From Phycisphaeraceae bacterium (GTDB taxonomy: Bacteria; Planctomycetota; Phycisphaerae; Phycisphaerales; Phycisphaeraceae), in the NCBI GenBank assembly GCA_963674705.1, contig OY771506.1, positions 2,528,001 to 2,592,000 of the forward strand: DNA of 64,000 bases, in the 5' to 3' direction. This document shows, piece by piece, positions 44,146 to 53,043 of the stretch (the stretch's first letter is position 1; each line of letters opens with the position of its first letter). Below the pieces are notes generated by a model. The model was not told the origin of the DNA and did not search any database. It worked only from the letters and a program-made list of their open reading frames with translations. Made by a program: the position numbers and the translations under genes.

Positions 44146-45135
44146 ATGGACCTTTCCACAAAGTATATGGGCATCGAAATGTCCCACCCCCTGATGGTCG
44201 GTGCGAGCCCGCTTGCCTATGACCTGAGCACAGTGAAACGGCTGGAAGATGCCGGCGCCAGTGCGATCGTGATGCCTTCGTTATTCGAAGAGCAGATCCT
44301 GCGTGAACAGTTAGCGACGAACGCCAGCCTGATGGCACATAATGAATCGTACGCGGAAGCACTGAGTTACTTTCCCGATCCGGAAGAATTCAAGCTTGGA
44401 CCACATGAGTATCTCGATAAAGTGAGTGCGGTGAAGAGCCACACAAGCATGCCCGTGATCGCGTCGCTGAACGGCATGCGTGACGGGCACTGGCTTGAAT
44501 ATGCCAAGCAGATCGAACAGGCTGGTGCGGATGCGCTTGAGTTGAACGTGTATTACATCGCGATGGACCCGAAGGAAACCAGTGATGACCTGGAAAACCG
44601 AGCGGTCGATATGGTCAAGCAGGTGAAGGCCGCGACGAAGTTGCCGCTGGCGGTGAAGCTCTCGCCGTTCTATACATCGCTTGCCAATGTCGCGCAGCGG
44701 CTGGTTGATGCCGGCGCTGATGCGCTGGTGGTTTTTAACCGCTTCTATCAGCCTGACATCGATGTGGAAGAGCTTGATGTGATGCGTGTGAATCTGTCGA
44801 GCACGTCGGAACTGCTGCTGCGTCTACGTTGGCTGGCAATTTTGTCGAGCCAGGTTAAGGTTTCGCTGGCGGTGACTGGCGGCGTTCATACCGAGGTGGA
44901 CGCGGTGAAGTCGGTGATGGCCGGTGCAGACGCGGTGCAGATGGTTTCGGCGCTATTGCAGAACGGGCCGGAATATATCACGACGGTGCGTGAGGATCTT
45001 GAACGCTGGCTGGTCGAGCATGAATATGAATCGCTGGCCCAGATGCGTGGCAGCATGAACCTGCAGAACAGCCCGAACCCGGCCGCGTATGAGCGGGCCA
45101 ACTACGTCCAGGTGCTGCAAAGCTGGACGACATAA
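44146..45135 (+). CDS. Dihydroorotate dehydrogenase-like FMN protein (nifJ-associated type)
   Basis: DLSTKYMG, PSLFEEQI, IASLNG, AVKLSP, FNRFYQPD, YERANY; the catalytic SCPN loop is absent. Confidence 0.88.
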   Translation: MDLSTKYMGIEMSHPLMVGASPLAYDLSTVKRLEDAGASAIVMPSLFEEQILREQLATNASLMAHNESYAEALSYFPDPEEFKLGPHEYLDKVSAVKSHTSMPVIASLNGMRDGHWLEYAKQIEQAGADALELNVYYIAMDPKETSDDLENRAVDMVKQVKAATKLPLAVKLSPFYTSLANVAQRLVDAGADALVVFNRFYQPDIDVEELDVMRVNLSSTSELLLRLRWLAILSSQVKVSLAVTGGVHTEVDAVKSVMAGADAVQMVSALLQNGPEYITTVREDLERWLVEHEYESLAQMRGSMNLQNSPNPAAYERANYVQVLQSWTT

Positions 45136-45235
45136 AGTGGTGTCGGTTAAAAATACGTGTTTTCCCTTGTGTTGACGCGTATTTGGGTTGAAAAAAAGAC
45201 CCAACATTGGTATAAAACAAATACATATTTTGTAC

Positions 45236-45269
45236 AGGGAGTTGTCTCTTTCGGGGCATCTCCCTTTTT
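45236..45269 (+). terminator. Intrinsic terminator after the hydrogenase-PFOR operon
   Basis: AGGGAGTTGTCTC-TTTC-GGGGCATCTCCCT followed by TTTT. Confidence 0.65.
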
Positions 45270-45497
45270 GCTGCATACACGGGGCTAAGGCTTTGGGCGG
45301 GCCGTGGGGGTGAAAGTGGGGGTGTGCTATGCACGTCGAAAGTTATCCGTCTGTTGACAACAAACCCCAATCCCTTCTTGTGTTAGTTGACACAGTGACA
45401 CAGTCTTTTCATGCGCAGTAGTGAATACACGTACCACGTTCACTACTGTGCCTGTCGTTCGGTTCACATCTGTAAACAACAAAAGGAGTGATTCAAG

Positions 45498-46901
45498 ATG
45501 AAATGGAGCTTCGTGGCTACCGGTTGTTTAGCCGTTATTGTCGCAGCCCCCGCCTTTGGTAATGAACCCCCGCCCGGCCAGGCCGATCCGATTTCGCTGA
45601 CGCGCAACTCGCCCAGCGTTATCCTCTTCGGCAACACGCCGGCTGATATCTACGGCGAAGTGATTGGCGCCGCAGTGGGTGGATGGGATGTTGGGGGGCC
45701 CGGACCTGTGATTCATGTGCCTGATATGAACTATGGTCTACAGCCGATGGCTGACAACAATGATGCTCATTCCAATGGTGAGCAGCAGTTCTCTGATCCG
45801 GGTATGGAATTGGTCATCTACTTTTCGGGTGATGTCAGTTCGGTCGGCATGCCGTTGACCGACTATGACCATCAAGCCCAACGTAACCAGGCTGCGGGAG
45901 ATCGATTTGTTTCAAACGGCGCGGCTCAGCCTCCCTCGTTTGTGATGTTCAGTGGGGCTCCGTCGCCGCTGATCAATGGGCCCGTTTTCCCGGGCGCATT
46001 CGGGACCATGTCGCCCAACATACTCAGTGCCAACCAGGACCGTTACAACGAGATCCCGACCCGACCGGCGATGATCTACAACAGCTATGTGCCCCCGGCC
46101 GGATCGGGTGCGCTGAACATGGATGACATGGACGCGCTGGAACTGATGCCGTTTGATATCAACGGTGACTTGATGCACGACACGCCGGTCTACTTCAGCC
46201 TCGACCCATTAAGCCCAAGTCTGGGTCTGGGCGCCGGCAGCCCCGCTGACATACTTGTCTCGCTGCCAATGAGCCCGGCCGTGCAGCTTTTTGCCCCAGC
46301 GCCCCTGATGGGCTTAACGATGATAGATGATGTGGATGCGTTGGCCGTGTGGGATTATGCGAACCCACTGGTAGCTGACGGGCAATTAGACTACGCCCTG
46401 TTCTCACTGGCGCCCGGATCACCCTCACTGGCGGGGCCCGACGGCGCGTGGGGGACGCTGGATGATTACTCCGCGGCAGATATCTTCGTTACCGACTTCA
46501 GCGGCGTGCACGCGCTGTACATGACCGCTCAGTCGCTGGGTATGCAGTTTAGCGACAATATCGACGCACTCGATGTCGAAGCATGGGAAGGCCCACAAAG
46601 TGTTGAGGTCTTCGAAGAGATCTGGGCATTGCCCGCGATTGAAGGGGACTTGGATGGTGACGGATTTGTTGGCCTGTCCGACCTGGATATCATCCTCAGC
46701 AACTGGAACCAGACGGTGCCGCCTGCCAATCCACTGGCTGACCCGAATGGCGACGGTTATGTCGGGCTGGATGACTTGGACATCGTGTTGAGAAACTGGA
46801 ATAAGGGTGTCCCACCACCGGTAGCGAACGTCCCGGAACCGGCGACACTCGCCCTGATCTCGCTTGCCGGTTATGCATTGCTTACCCGTCGGGCCCGTTA
46901 A
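45498..46901 (+). CDS. PEP-CTERM protein with internal repeats and dockerin-like C-terminal domain
   Basis: RBS AGGAG; signal peptide; GDLDGDGFVGLSDLD/DPNGDGYVGLDDLD; VPEPATLALISLAGYALLTRRAR. Confidence 0.9.
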   Translation: MKWSFVATGCLAVIVAAPAFGNEPPPGQADPISLTRNSPSVILFGNTPADIYGEVIGAAVGGWDVGGPGPVIHVPDMNYGLQPMADNNDAHSNGEQQFSDPGMELVIYFSGDVSSVGMPLTDYDHQAQRNQAAGDRFVSNGAAQPPSFVMFSGAPSPLINGPVFPGAFGTMSPNILSANQDRYNEIPTRPAMIYNSYVPPAGSGALNMDDMDALELMPFDINGDLMHDTPVYFSLDPLSPSLGLGAGSPADILVSLPMSPAVQLFAPAPLMGLTMIDDVDALAVWDYANPLVADGQLDYALFSLAPGSPSLAGPDGAWGTLDDYSAADIFVTDFSGVHALYMTAQSLGMQFSDNIDALDVEAWEGPQSVEVFEEIWALPAIEGDLDGDGFVGLSDLDIILSNWNQTVPPANPLADPNGDGYVGLDDLDIVLRNWNKGVPPPVANVPEPATLALISLAGYALLTRRAR

Positions 46902-47079
46902 GAGGTCGCGCCAGATCGTCCGGGAGAAGGGGGGGAAATCAGGAGGGGAGCGTGCCTCGGACTGGTGGGGTGGGTGGCAAGGTGATCACAACGACACCAA
47001 GCCACCTGCCACACCAGTTTTTGCTTTGGTTTTGAATAGCCGGAATCAATCTTGAGCATGACGTACTCACCAGGATGCT

Positions 47080-47994
47080 TCAACTGCCTGAACCATAAAC
47101 TTCAACAGGTACAGCAACCATATGATCGATTGCTGAGATTGTTCGACGCAGTCGATCGGCGAACACAGTTAATGCTTCATTACTCAGTGCGGTGACATAC
47201 GTTTCCAGTGGTTTGCGGGCCACGGTGTAGAGTTGGATCAACTTGATCTGGCAGCCATGCTCAATCAGGTCTTTGATCCGCATCATATAGGCATCAAATT
47301 CGATATCGGGGATCGGTTCACCATGCAGTTGCATCAGCATGGTCTGGATTATGATCGGTCGCTTGCGTCCGCATGCCTGGATGTTGTCGAGCACCTTCGA
47401 TAACGGCACAGCGGAACGGTCAACGAGTTCGTAATAGGCTTGTGTGCCCGCGTCGAGTTTGGCCCAGACCTCGCCTTGATTGGCATCGAGTGTTTGTATC
47501 GCCTGCTCGACGTTTGGCCGATTCAGCAGGGTCGCGTTGGTGATCAGGACAATCTTGGTTTCGTCCAGCTTGTGTGCATTTTTTATACTTACAACCATGT
47601 CGACCACGTTGTTGAAGCATTTTGCCGAAGTCGGTTCGCCGTCGCCGGAGAATGCGATGTCATTGAGTCGGCGTAATGCCGGGTCGACATGTGCGAATCG
47701 CGGGTGTGACCATATTCTGCCACTGACGACGGCATGGATCAGTGTACTGAGTTCCTGATGCAGTTTTTGCGTGTCCACTGCGATGGGTTTTGCAGGCAGG
47801 ATCTTGTCAACCTGACAGTAAACGCAATCGAAGTTGCAGATGGTATCGGGGTTCAGGTTGACGCCGATCGATAGCCCCTTGCTGCGTCGACTTACGACGG
47901 GGTAAACATAACTGAAGCTTTCCCAGTGCCTGCTGTGTTCTGCAAAGGGCGAGGGGGTGTGTTTCGCGTTAAGGTAATCAGTATCGTCGGTCAT
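47080..47994 (-). CDS. Radical SAM protein (COG0731-like, function unknown)
   Basis: YVYPVVSRRSKGLSIGVNLNP, CNFDCVYC, FSGDGEPT, KLDAG. Confidence 0.88.
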   Translation of the reverse strand: MTDDTDYLNAKHTPSPFAEHSRHWESFSYVYPVVSRRSKGLSIGVNLNPDTICNFDCVYCQVDKILPAKPIAVDTQKLHQELSTLIHAVVSGRIWSHPRFAHVDPALRRLNDIAFSGDGEPTSAKCFNNVVDMVVSIKNAHKLDETKIVLITNATLLNRPNVEQAIQTLDANQGEVWAKLDAGTQAYYELVDRSAVPLSKVLDNIQACGRKRPIIIQTMLMQLHGEPIPDIEFDAYMMRIKDLIEHGCQIKLIQLYTVARKPLETYVTALSNEALTVFADRLRRTISAIDHMVAVPVEVYGSGS

Positions 47995-48070
47995 GGTTTT
48001 GCCGTGAAGTTTCCGCAAGGCATCATAGCGATGAATCGTCGTTTGGTGGAATGGTATTGGATTGCGCAAT

Positions 48071-48102
48071 AAAAACCCGGACGCCGTGGGAGCGACGTCC
48101 GG
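48071..48102 (-). terminator. Intrinsic terminator after the minus-strand PEP-CTERM gene
   Basis: CCGGACG...CGTCCGG stem followed by GTTTTT on the minus strand. Confidence 0.65.
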
Positions 48103-48183
48103 TTTCAGTGTTTGACAACAAGAAAGGTTGTCAAGGTGTGATTCAGCCGTTACTCCGCATCACACCCCACATTATCAATTTGA

Positions 48184-49230
48184 TTAGCGACGACGGAGCA
48201 TCGCGAGGCCACCCATACCGAGCAGGGCGAGGGTAGCGGGTTCAGGCACGACGGAAGCGGCCGGCGGGGTGCCAGCGTTCCAGTTGTTCAGGACGGTGTC
48301 AAGGTCTTCCAGACCGACATAGCCATCACCAGAGGGATCCGGCTCGCTGCCGGGAGTGACGCTCTGATTCCAACTGCCGAGGACCAGGTCCAGGTCGTCC
48401 AGGCCGACGAAGCCATCGCCATTCAGGTCGCCTTCGAGGGCGGTTTCAGCCGCGATGATCTCGAGCAGGATGTTATCGAAGGTCAGGCCGCCGCCGGCGG
48501 AGCTGATGCCCGAGGGGCTGCCGAAGCGGATGGCGTTGAAACCGTCTACGGTGGAGGGCATATCGAAGTGTTCGATTTCGTAATCGAAGACACCGTCATA
48601 ATCGAAGTCGACTTCGTAGAGTACCGACTCGGACTTGATGGTGGCCTGGAGGGTGTACCAGGCGCCGCCACGGAAGCGGTTCACGGCCAGTTCGGTTTCG
48701 CCGACCAACTCGGTACCCATATCCCACGCCTGCCAGTTGGGGTTGGCAGTCCCGTTGATCGAGTCAAACAGGATGCCTCGGTAGGACAGGTGCATGCCGG
48801 TGGAGTTGTAGACACCCAGTTCAACGATGTTGGCCGGGGCGTTGGAACGCAGGCCGAGGCTCATACGCTTATTGCTGGGATTCAGCGGGAAGAACGGGTC
48901 CAGAGAGGTATCGTTGTCATAGATATCGACCTTGACGCGGATCCATTCTTCTGTGGTGGCATAAATGGGAGAGGCCAGAAGCAGTTCATTGACACTGCCA
49001 CCGGGATGGTAGGCGAAGTTGCCGATACCGGACACTTCCGGGGTGCCGTCAAAATCGTCGTCGATTTCATTCGTCAGCACACCATCGAAGCCAGCCCAAA
49101 CAGCAGCCATTGCAGAGGTGCTGGCGTAGCTTTCAAAGTCTTCATCAACGACCACGCCGATCGTTGCCCAAGCGCTGCTGGCGGCGCCTAGCATAGCTAC
49201 ACAACCTAAACCGAATGCAAACTTACGCAT
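48184..49230 (-). CDS. PEP-CTERM protein with dockerin-like C-terminal domain
   Basis: Signal peptide; GDLNGDGFVGLDDLD/DPSGDGYVGLEDLD; VPEPATLALLGMGGLAMLRRR; RBS GGAGG. Confidence 0.9.
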   Translation of the reverse strand: MRKFAFGLGCVAMLGAASSAWATIGVVVDEDFESYASTSAMAAVWAGFDGVLTNEIDDDFDGTPEVSGIGNFAYHPGGSVNELLLASPIYATTEEWIRVKVDIYDNDTSLDPFFPLNPSNKRMSLGLRSNAPANIVELGVYNSTGMHLSYRGILFDSINGTANPNWQAWDMGTELVGETELAVNRFRGGAWYTLQATIKSESVLYEVDFDYDGVFDYEIEHFDMPSTVDGFNAIRFGSPSGISSAGGGLTFDNILLEIIAAETALEGDLNGDGFVGLDDLDLVLGSWNQSVTPGSEPDPSGDGYVGLEDLDTVLNNWNAGTPPAASVVPEPATLALLGMGGLAMLRRR

Positions 49231-49335
49231 GTCTCATTCCTCCCTTTCAGATGGGTATGGTGAAATAACAGTTTTAATGGTCTCTGGTCGAATTACCACG
49301 AGCTATACACATGTGATTATCAAAGTACCAATTTG

Positions 49336-49363
49336 ATTATATAACAAGAGTGTGGGTTGTCAA
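49336..49363 (-). promoter_or_regulatory. Consensus sigma70 promoter for the PEP-CTERM gene 48184-49230
   Basis: Minus strand reads TTGACA-N16-TATAAT. Confidence 0.7.
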
Positions 49364-49695
49364 CGAATATCAGGGATTCCTGATTAATTAACGCATATGT
49401 AATCATGCCCCTGATTTCCAACTGGGATTGGTTTATACCCGCCTCCCACGGCTTTCTTACAACTGAATCATAGCTCATATATCAGGAAATGCGATTTTTT
49501 TTATAATTTGTTAAATATCAATATTATATGAGACTATAGGTGAGGGTTGGTGATATTGCATAATTAGGGGTCGGCGGGATGGCGGCTTCATGCTGCCGTG
49601 GCGGGGTGGCCGGACCGGCTTACGCCGCCGTGATTTACTCATCGCTCAAGATTCTGGTGTATAACAACTAGAAAGTAGCCCTTGGAATCATTGGT

Positions 49696-50781
49696 ATGGA
49701 TGCCGACATCAATAAAGGTTCGTTCTCGCCTTGGGGTGATTTGCCTAAAATTGATCTGCGTCATCTGTTGAAGATGACGGATGATACGGGGCTGTTTCAG
49801 CATGCACTTTATTCCGTACCTGATCCGCATCATGGCTACTGCATCGATGACAACGCTCGAGCCCTACTGGTTGCATTGATCCATGCGGAATTGTTTGGCT
49901 ATGACGAGCATATCGTGCCGTTGCATCGTTACCTGATGTTTATGGCTTATGCCTTCAACAATGACACAGGCGTCTTCCGGAACTTCATGTCGTATGACCG
50001 GCGATGGCTGGAAGATGCCGGCAGCCCGGACAGCCAGGGGCGTGCCATCTGGGCCTTGGGCACCGCAGTCGCGCATGCCCCTGATGGCGACACCCATGAC
50101 CTCGCATCTGAGCTCTTTCGTAAAGCTTTACCGGGAATCAGTGCGTTTGAACACCTGCGTTCCAAGGCTTTTGCGCTGATAGGGTTGAGCGAATGGCTGG
50201 CTGTTGAGCCGGGGGATCAATCTACGCAGAGTCTGCGTGACCGTTATGCCAATGATATCTACGAAGCTTTTCAACAGCACGGCAGCGAAGATTGGCCTTG
50301 GTGTGAACCGCTGGTGACATATGACAACGCAAAGCTGTGTCACGCATTACTGGTTTGTGGTGCTGCCATGTACAACAGCGAGATGATCCAGCAAGGGCTT
50401 ACTTCCTTACGCTGGCTCTTGGATGTGCAACGTGCGGACCGCGGTCATCTGAGCATCATCGGCAATGACGGGTGGCTGCCTCGCGGTGGTCAAAGGGCGC
50501 GGTTCGACCAGCAACCACTCGAGGCGCATGCACTGGTGCATGGTTGTCTGGCCGCGGCCAAGATCAGCCAGGACCGGTCCTGGGCGGATGAGGCTTGGCG
50601 CTGTTTCCGCTGGTTTACGGGTGAAAACGACCTCGGCGTATCGCTCTATGCCGAGGAGTCCGGCGGATGCATGGACGGTCTTCAGGCTAACGGTGTTAAC
50701 CGCAACCAAGGCGCGGAGTCTACGTTAGCCTACCTGTTAAGTGTCTTGGAACTACACTGCTACGTTGCCTCTCTAACTTGA
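49696..50781 (+). CDS. Stand-alone glycosidase-like helical domain of the type usually fused C-terminal to GT4 glycosyltransferases
   Basis: HLLKMTDDTGLFQHA, GYCIDDNARAL, FRNFMSYDRRW, FDQQPLE, NQGAESTLAYL. Confidence 0.75.
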   Translation: MDADINKGSFSPWGDLPKIDLRHLLKMTDDTGLFQHALYSVPDPHHGYCIDDNARALLVALIHAELFGYDEHIVPLHRYLMFMAYAFNNDTGVFRNFMSYDRRWLEDAGSPDSQGRAIWALGTAVAHAPDGDTHDLASELFRKALPGISAFEHLRSKAFALIGLSEWLAVEPGDQSTQSLRDRYANDIYEAFQQHGSEDWPWCEPLVTYDNAKLCHALLVCGAAMYNSEMIQQGLTSLRWLLDVQRADRGHLSIIGNDGWLPRGGQRARFDQQPLEAHALVHGCLAAAKISQDRSWADEAWRCFRWFTGENDLGVSLYAEESGGCMDGLQANGVNRNQGAESTLAYLLSVLELHCYVASLT

Positions 50782-50939
50782 TCATCCGCGATGGATCGTC
50801 TGCCTATCCCGCACATCCGATAACGTTTACCAAGCAATCGTCGTCTTTTTACATCTGTGCGCTGAGTCCGCCATGGGTTATATCCGACGATAGATAGTCG
50901 GGAGCCGTTATGGGACGGGTTCCGCCTCGGTTAGGTGCG

Positions 50940-50968
50940 CTTAAGTCGGATGTGAAAGCCGACGATGA
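50940..50968 (+). promoter_or_regulatory. Sigma28(FliA)-like promoter upstream of the GT39-like gene
   Basis: TAAG-N15-GACGATGA (consensus TAAA-N15-GCCGATAA); shares GCTTAAGTCG with 52937-52946. Confidence 0.55.
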
Positions 50969-51037
50969 CGATCAAACCGGCTGTAACGTTTGTATCGATC
51001 GGCGAAGCCGCCCGTAAGCCGGACAGGAGCGACCAAG

Positions 51038-52711
51038 ATGTGGTTTCTGCCAAGTAGCAAGCAAAACAGTGCTGTGAACGAAGCGATCAATGCGCCCGAG
51101 CCGGAGGTCGAGGTTGCTGTACGTCCTGACCGCGTGACGCCACTGCCTCAGGCACGGGCCAAGTCTGAGTATGAGGAATCGCAGGCGGTGTATGTCACGC
51201 TGATCTTCTTCGCCGCGATCACACTGCGCATTCTGTTTTTTGTGCTTGGACCCTATGGCGACAGCGAACGTGCGATGTACCCGGATTCCTACCGGTACGT
51301 GGAGTTGGGCGAGACATTGGTCAGCGATGGCGTGTTTGGGATAACCAGTCCGGAAACCGGTGTTGTCCATGAGCCGCTGTATGAGCTGCGTGAAGAACTG
51401 GGGCAGTTGGAGCCTTCGATCGATGGCGGGCTGCGGCCGGAGATCATGCGGACACCCGGTTATCCCGCGCTGCTGGGATTAGTCGCGTGGTCGGGAGTGG
51501 GGATCAACGGTTTACTGATCGCGCAGTGTCTATTCGGAGCGATATCGGTTGTCCTGGTGTATGGCATCGGTAGGGTGCTGTTGAAGCGGCCCGGTCCGGC
51601 GTTGTTCGCGGCAGCCATTGTTGCGATCCACCCTGCGGCGCTTGTTGCGCCGACATCCGTCCTGACCGAGTCGTCTTTTACCTTGTTGATACTGCTTGGC
51701 CTGTGGGCGGTCGCGGATCGTGAGAAACGTGGTATCGGCAGAACAACCTTTGGTGGCATGATGATCGGCCTGAGTGTGCTTGTTCGGCCGGTTTCGATCT
51801 TCCTGGGACCCGCGGTAGCGATCTGGATGTTTGCTACGGATCGGCGGTTTAAGACGGCATTCCTCGCGATCCTGATGCTGGGTTTGTCATTGGCGCCCGC
51901 TGTCGGATGGATGGCACGGAATAACTCGATCGGCTTCGGCTATCGTCTGAGCAGCATCCCGTATATCAATACCTACTTCTACACCGACGCTTACATGCGA
52001 ATTACCGAGCAGGGCGGGGACTGGAAGCAGGATTGGCCCGCCACCGTCGACACGCTTATGGGTGAACTGAAAGCAGAACAGAATCTGAATCCGCATCAAG
52101 ATGTCTACGTCACGATGGAAGACCTGGGCGTTCAGGCGATCAAGGACGATCCCGGGCTCTATGGCAAAGTCATGCAGGAGAGCATGATCAAGTTCTTTAC
52201 GGATCATTCATTGGGTGGGATGTATCAGCAGCTTGGTTTGACGTACACACCGTCAGGCCTGCGGGACAAGTTGATGTCCGGCGGTTTCTCATGGCAGAAT
52301 CTTGTGGATACCTTGAAGAATCCTACGGGCTGGCTGGCGTTGAGCTGGTCGGCATTCAATGGTTTATTGCTCATCGGGATGATCCTCGGCAGTGTGATGC
52401 TATTGGTTCGTCGCCATTGGCCGGCATTCCTGCTGCTGGGGGGAGTGATGTTCTACTTCGCCTTTGCTACACAGGCGACGGGGCTTGAGCGTTTCCGCCT
52501 GCCGGTGTTGGGCATTCAGGCCCTGCTGGTTGCGTCATTGTTTGCTCCACGTCGGCAGAAGCCGCAGAAGAGCAAGGACAAGACTCCTAAGCGCCGTTGG
52601 TACGAGCGGGCCGTAGATGGTGATGAGCCGGACGATGAAGCAAAGTCGGATAAAACCACACCGACGCTAGAAGCTGAACCGGAACCGGAATCACTGGCTC
52701 GGCCGATTTGA
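51038..52711 (+). CDS. Membrane glycosyltransferase, GT39/ArnT (GT-C) like
   Basis: PDSYRY loop, RTPGYPALL, LTESSF, LVRP, many TM segments; RBS AGGAG. Confidence 0.8.
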   Translation: MWFLPSSKQNSAVNEAINAPEPEVEVAVRPDRVTPLPQARAKSEYEESQAVYVTLIFFAAITLRILFFVLGPYGDSERAMYPDSYRYVELGETLVSDGVFGITSPETGVVHEPLYELREELGQLEPSIDGGLRPEIMRTPGYPALLGLVAWSGVGINGLLIAQCLFGAISVVLVYGIGRVLLKRPGPALFAAAIVAIHPAALVAPTSVLTESSFTLLILLGLWAVADREKRGIGRTTFGGMMIGLSVLVRPVSIFLGPAVAIWMFATDRRFKTAFLAILMLGLSLAPAVGWMARNNSIGFGYRLSSIPYINTYFYTDAYMRITEQGGDWKQDWPATVDTLMGELKAEQNLNPHQDVYVTMEDLGVQAIKDDPGLYGKVMQESMIKFFTDHSLGGMYQQLGLTYTPSGLRDKLMSGGFSWQNLVDTLKNPTGWLALSWSAFNGLLLIGMILGSVMLLVRRHWPAFLLLGGVMFYFAFATQATGLERFRLPVLGIQALLVASLFAPRRQKPQKSKDKTPKRRWYERAVDGDEPDDEAKSDKTTPTLEAEPEPESLARPI

Positions 52712-52937
52712 TGCGTCAACGCTCATCAATTTCAGGTAGATCTCAGCGTATACGGCCTCACTGCTAGCACAATATCGCTATCACGCTCCGGTTCTATGAA
52801 TGGCTGTTAGCAGGCACATAAATTATGGGACCTATACGACAAATCGACCGGGCTGATGGTTAACTCACTCACGCCAGACGTAGCTTTCTCACGCTTTACA
52901 GCAAGTGATTTTATCGCACCTGTCTCTCTTATAGGGG

Positions 52938-52981
52938 CTTAAGTCGTCCCCCTTTAGAGTCGATACAACTTGTGCCGATCG
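52938..52981 (+). promoter_or_regulatory. Sigma28(FliA)-like promoter(s) upstream of wzm
   Basis: TAAG(52940)-N15-GTCGATAC and an overlapping TAGA(52955)-N15-GCCGATCG. Confidence 0.55.
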
Positions 52982-53043
52982 TAACGGTTGTAACGTCTGG
53001 GCGCACCGCGCCTTGGATGTGGTGGTCCGTCAGGAGTTAAGGT

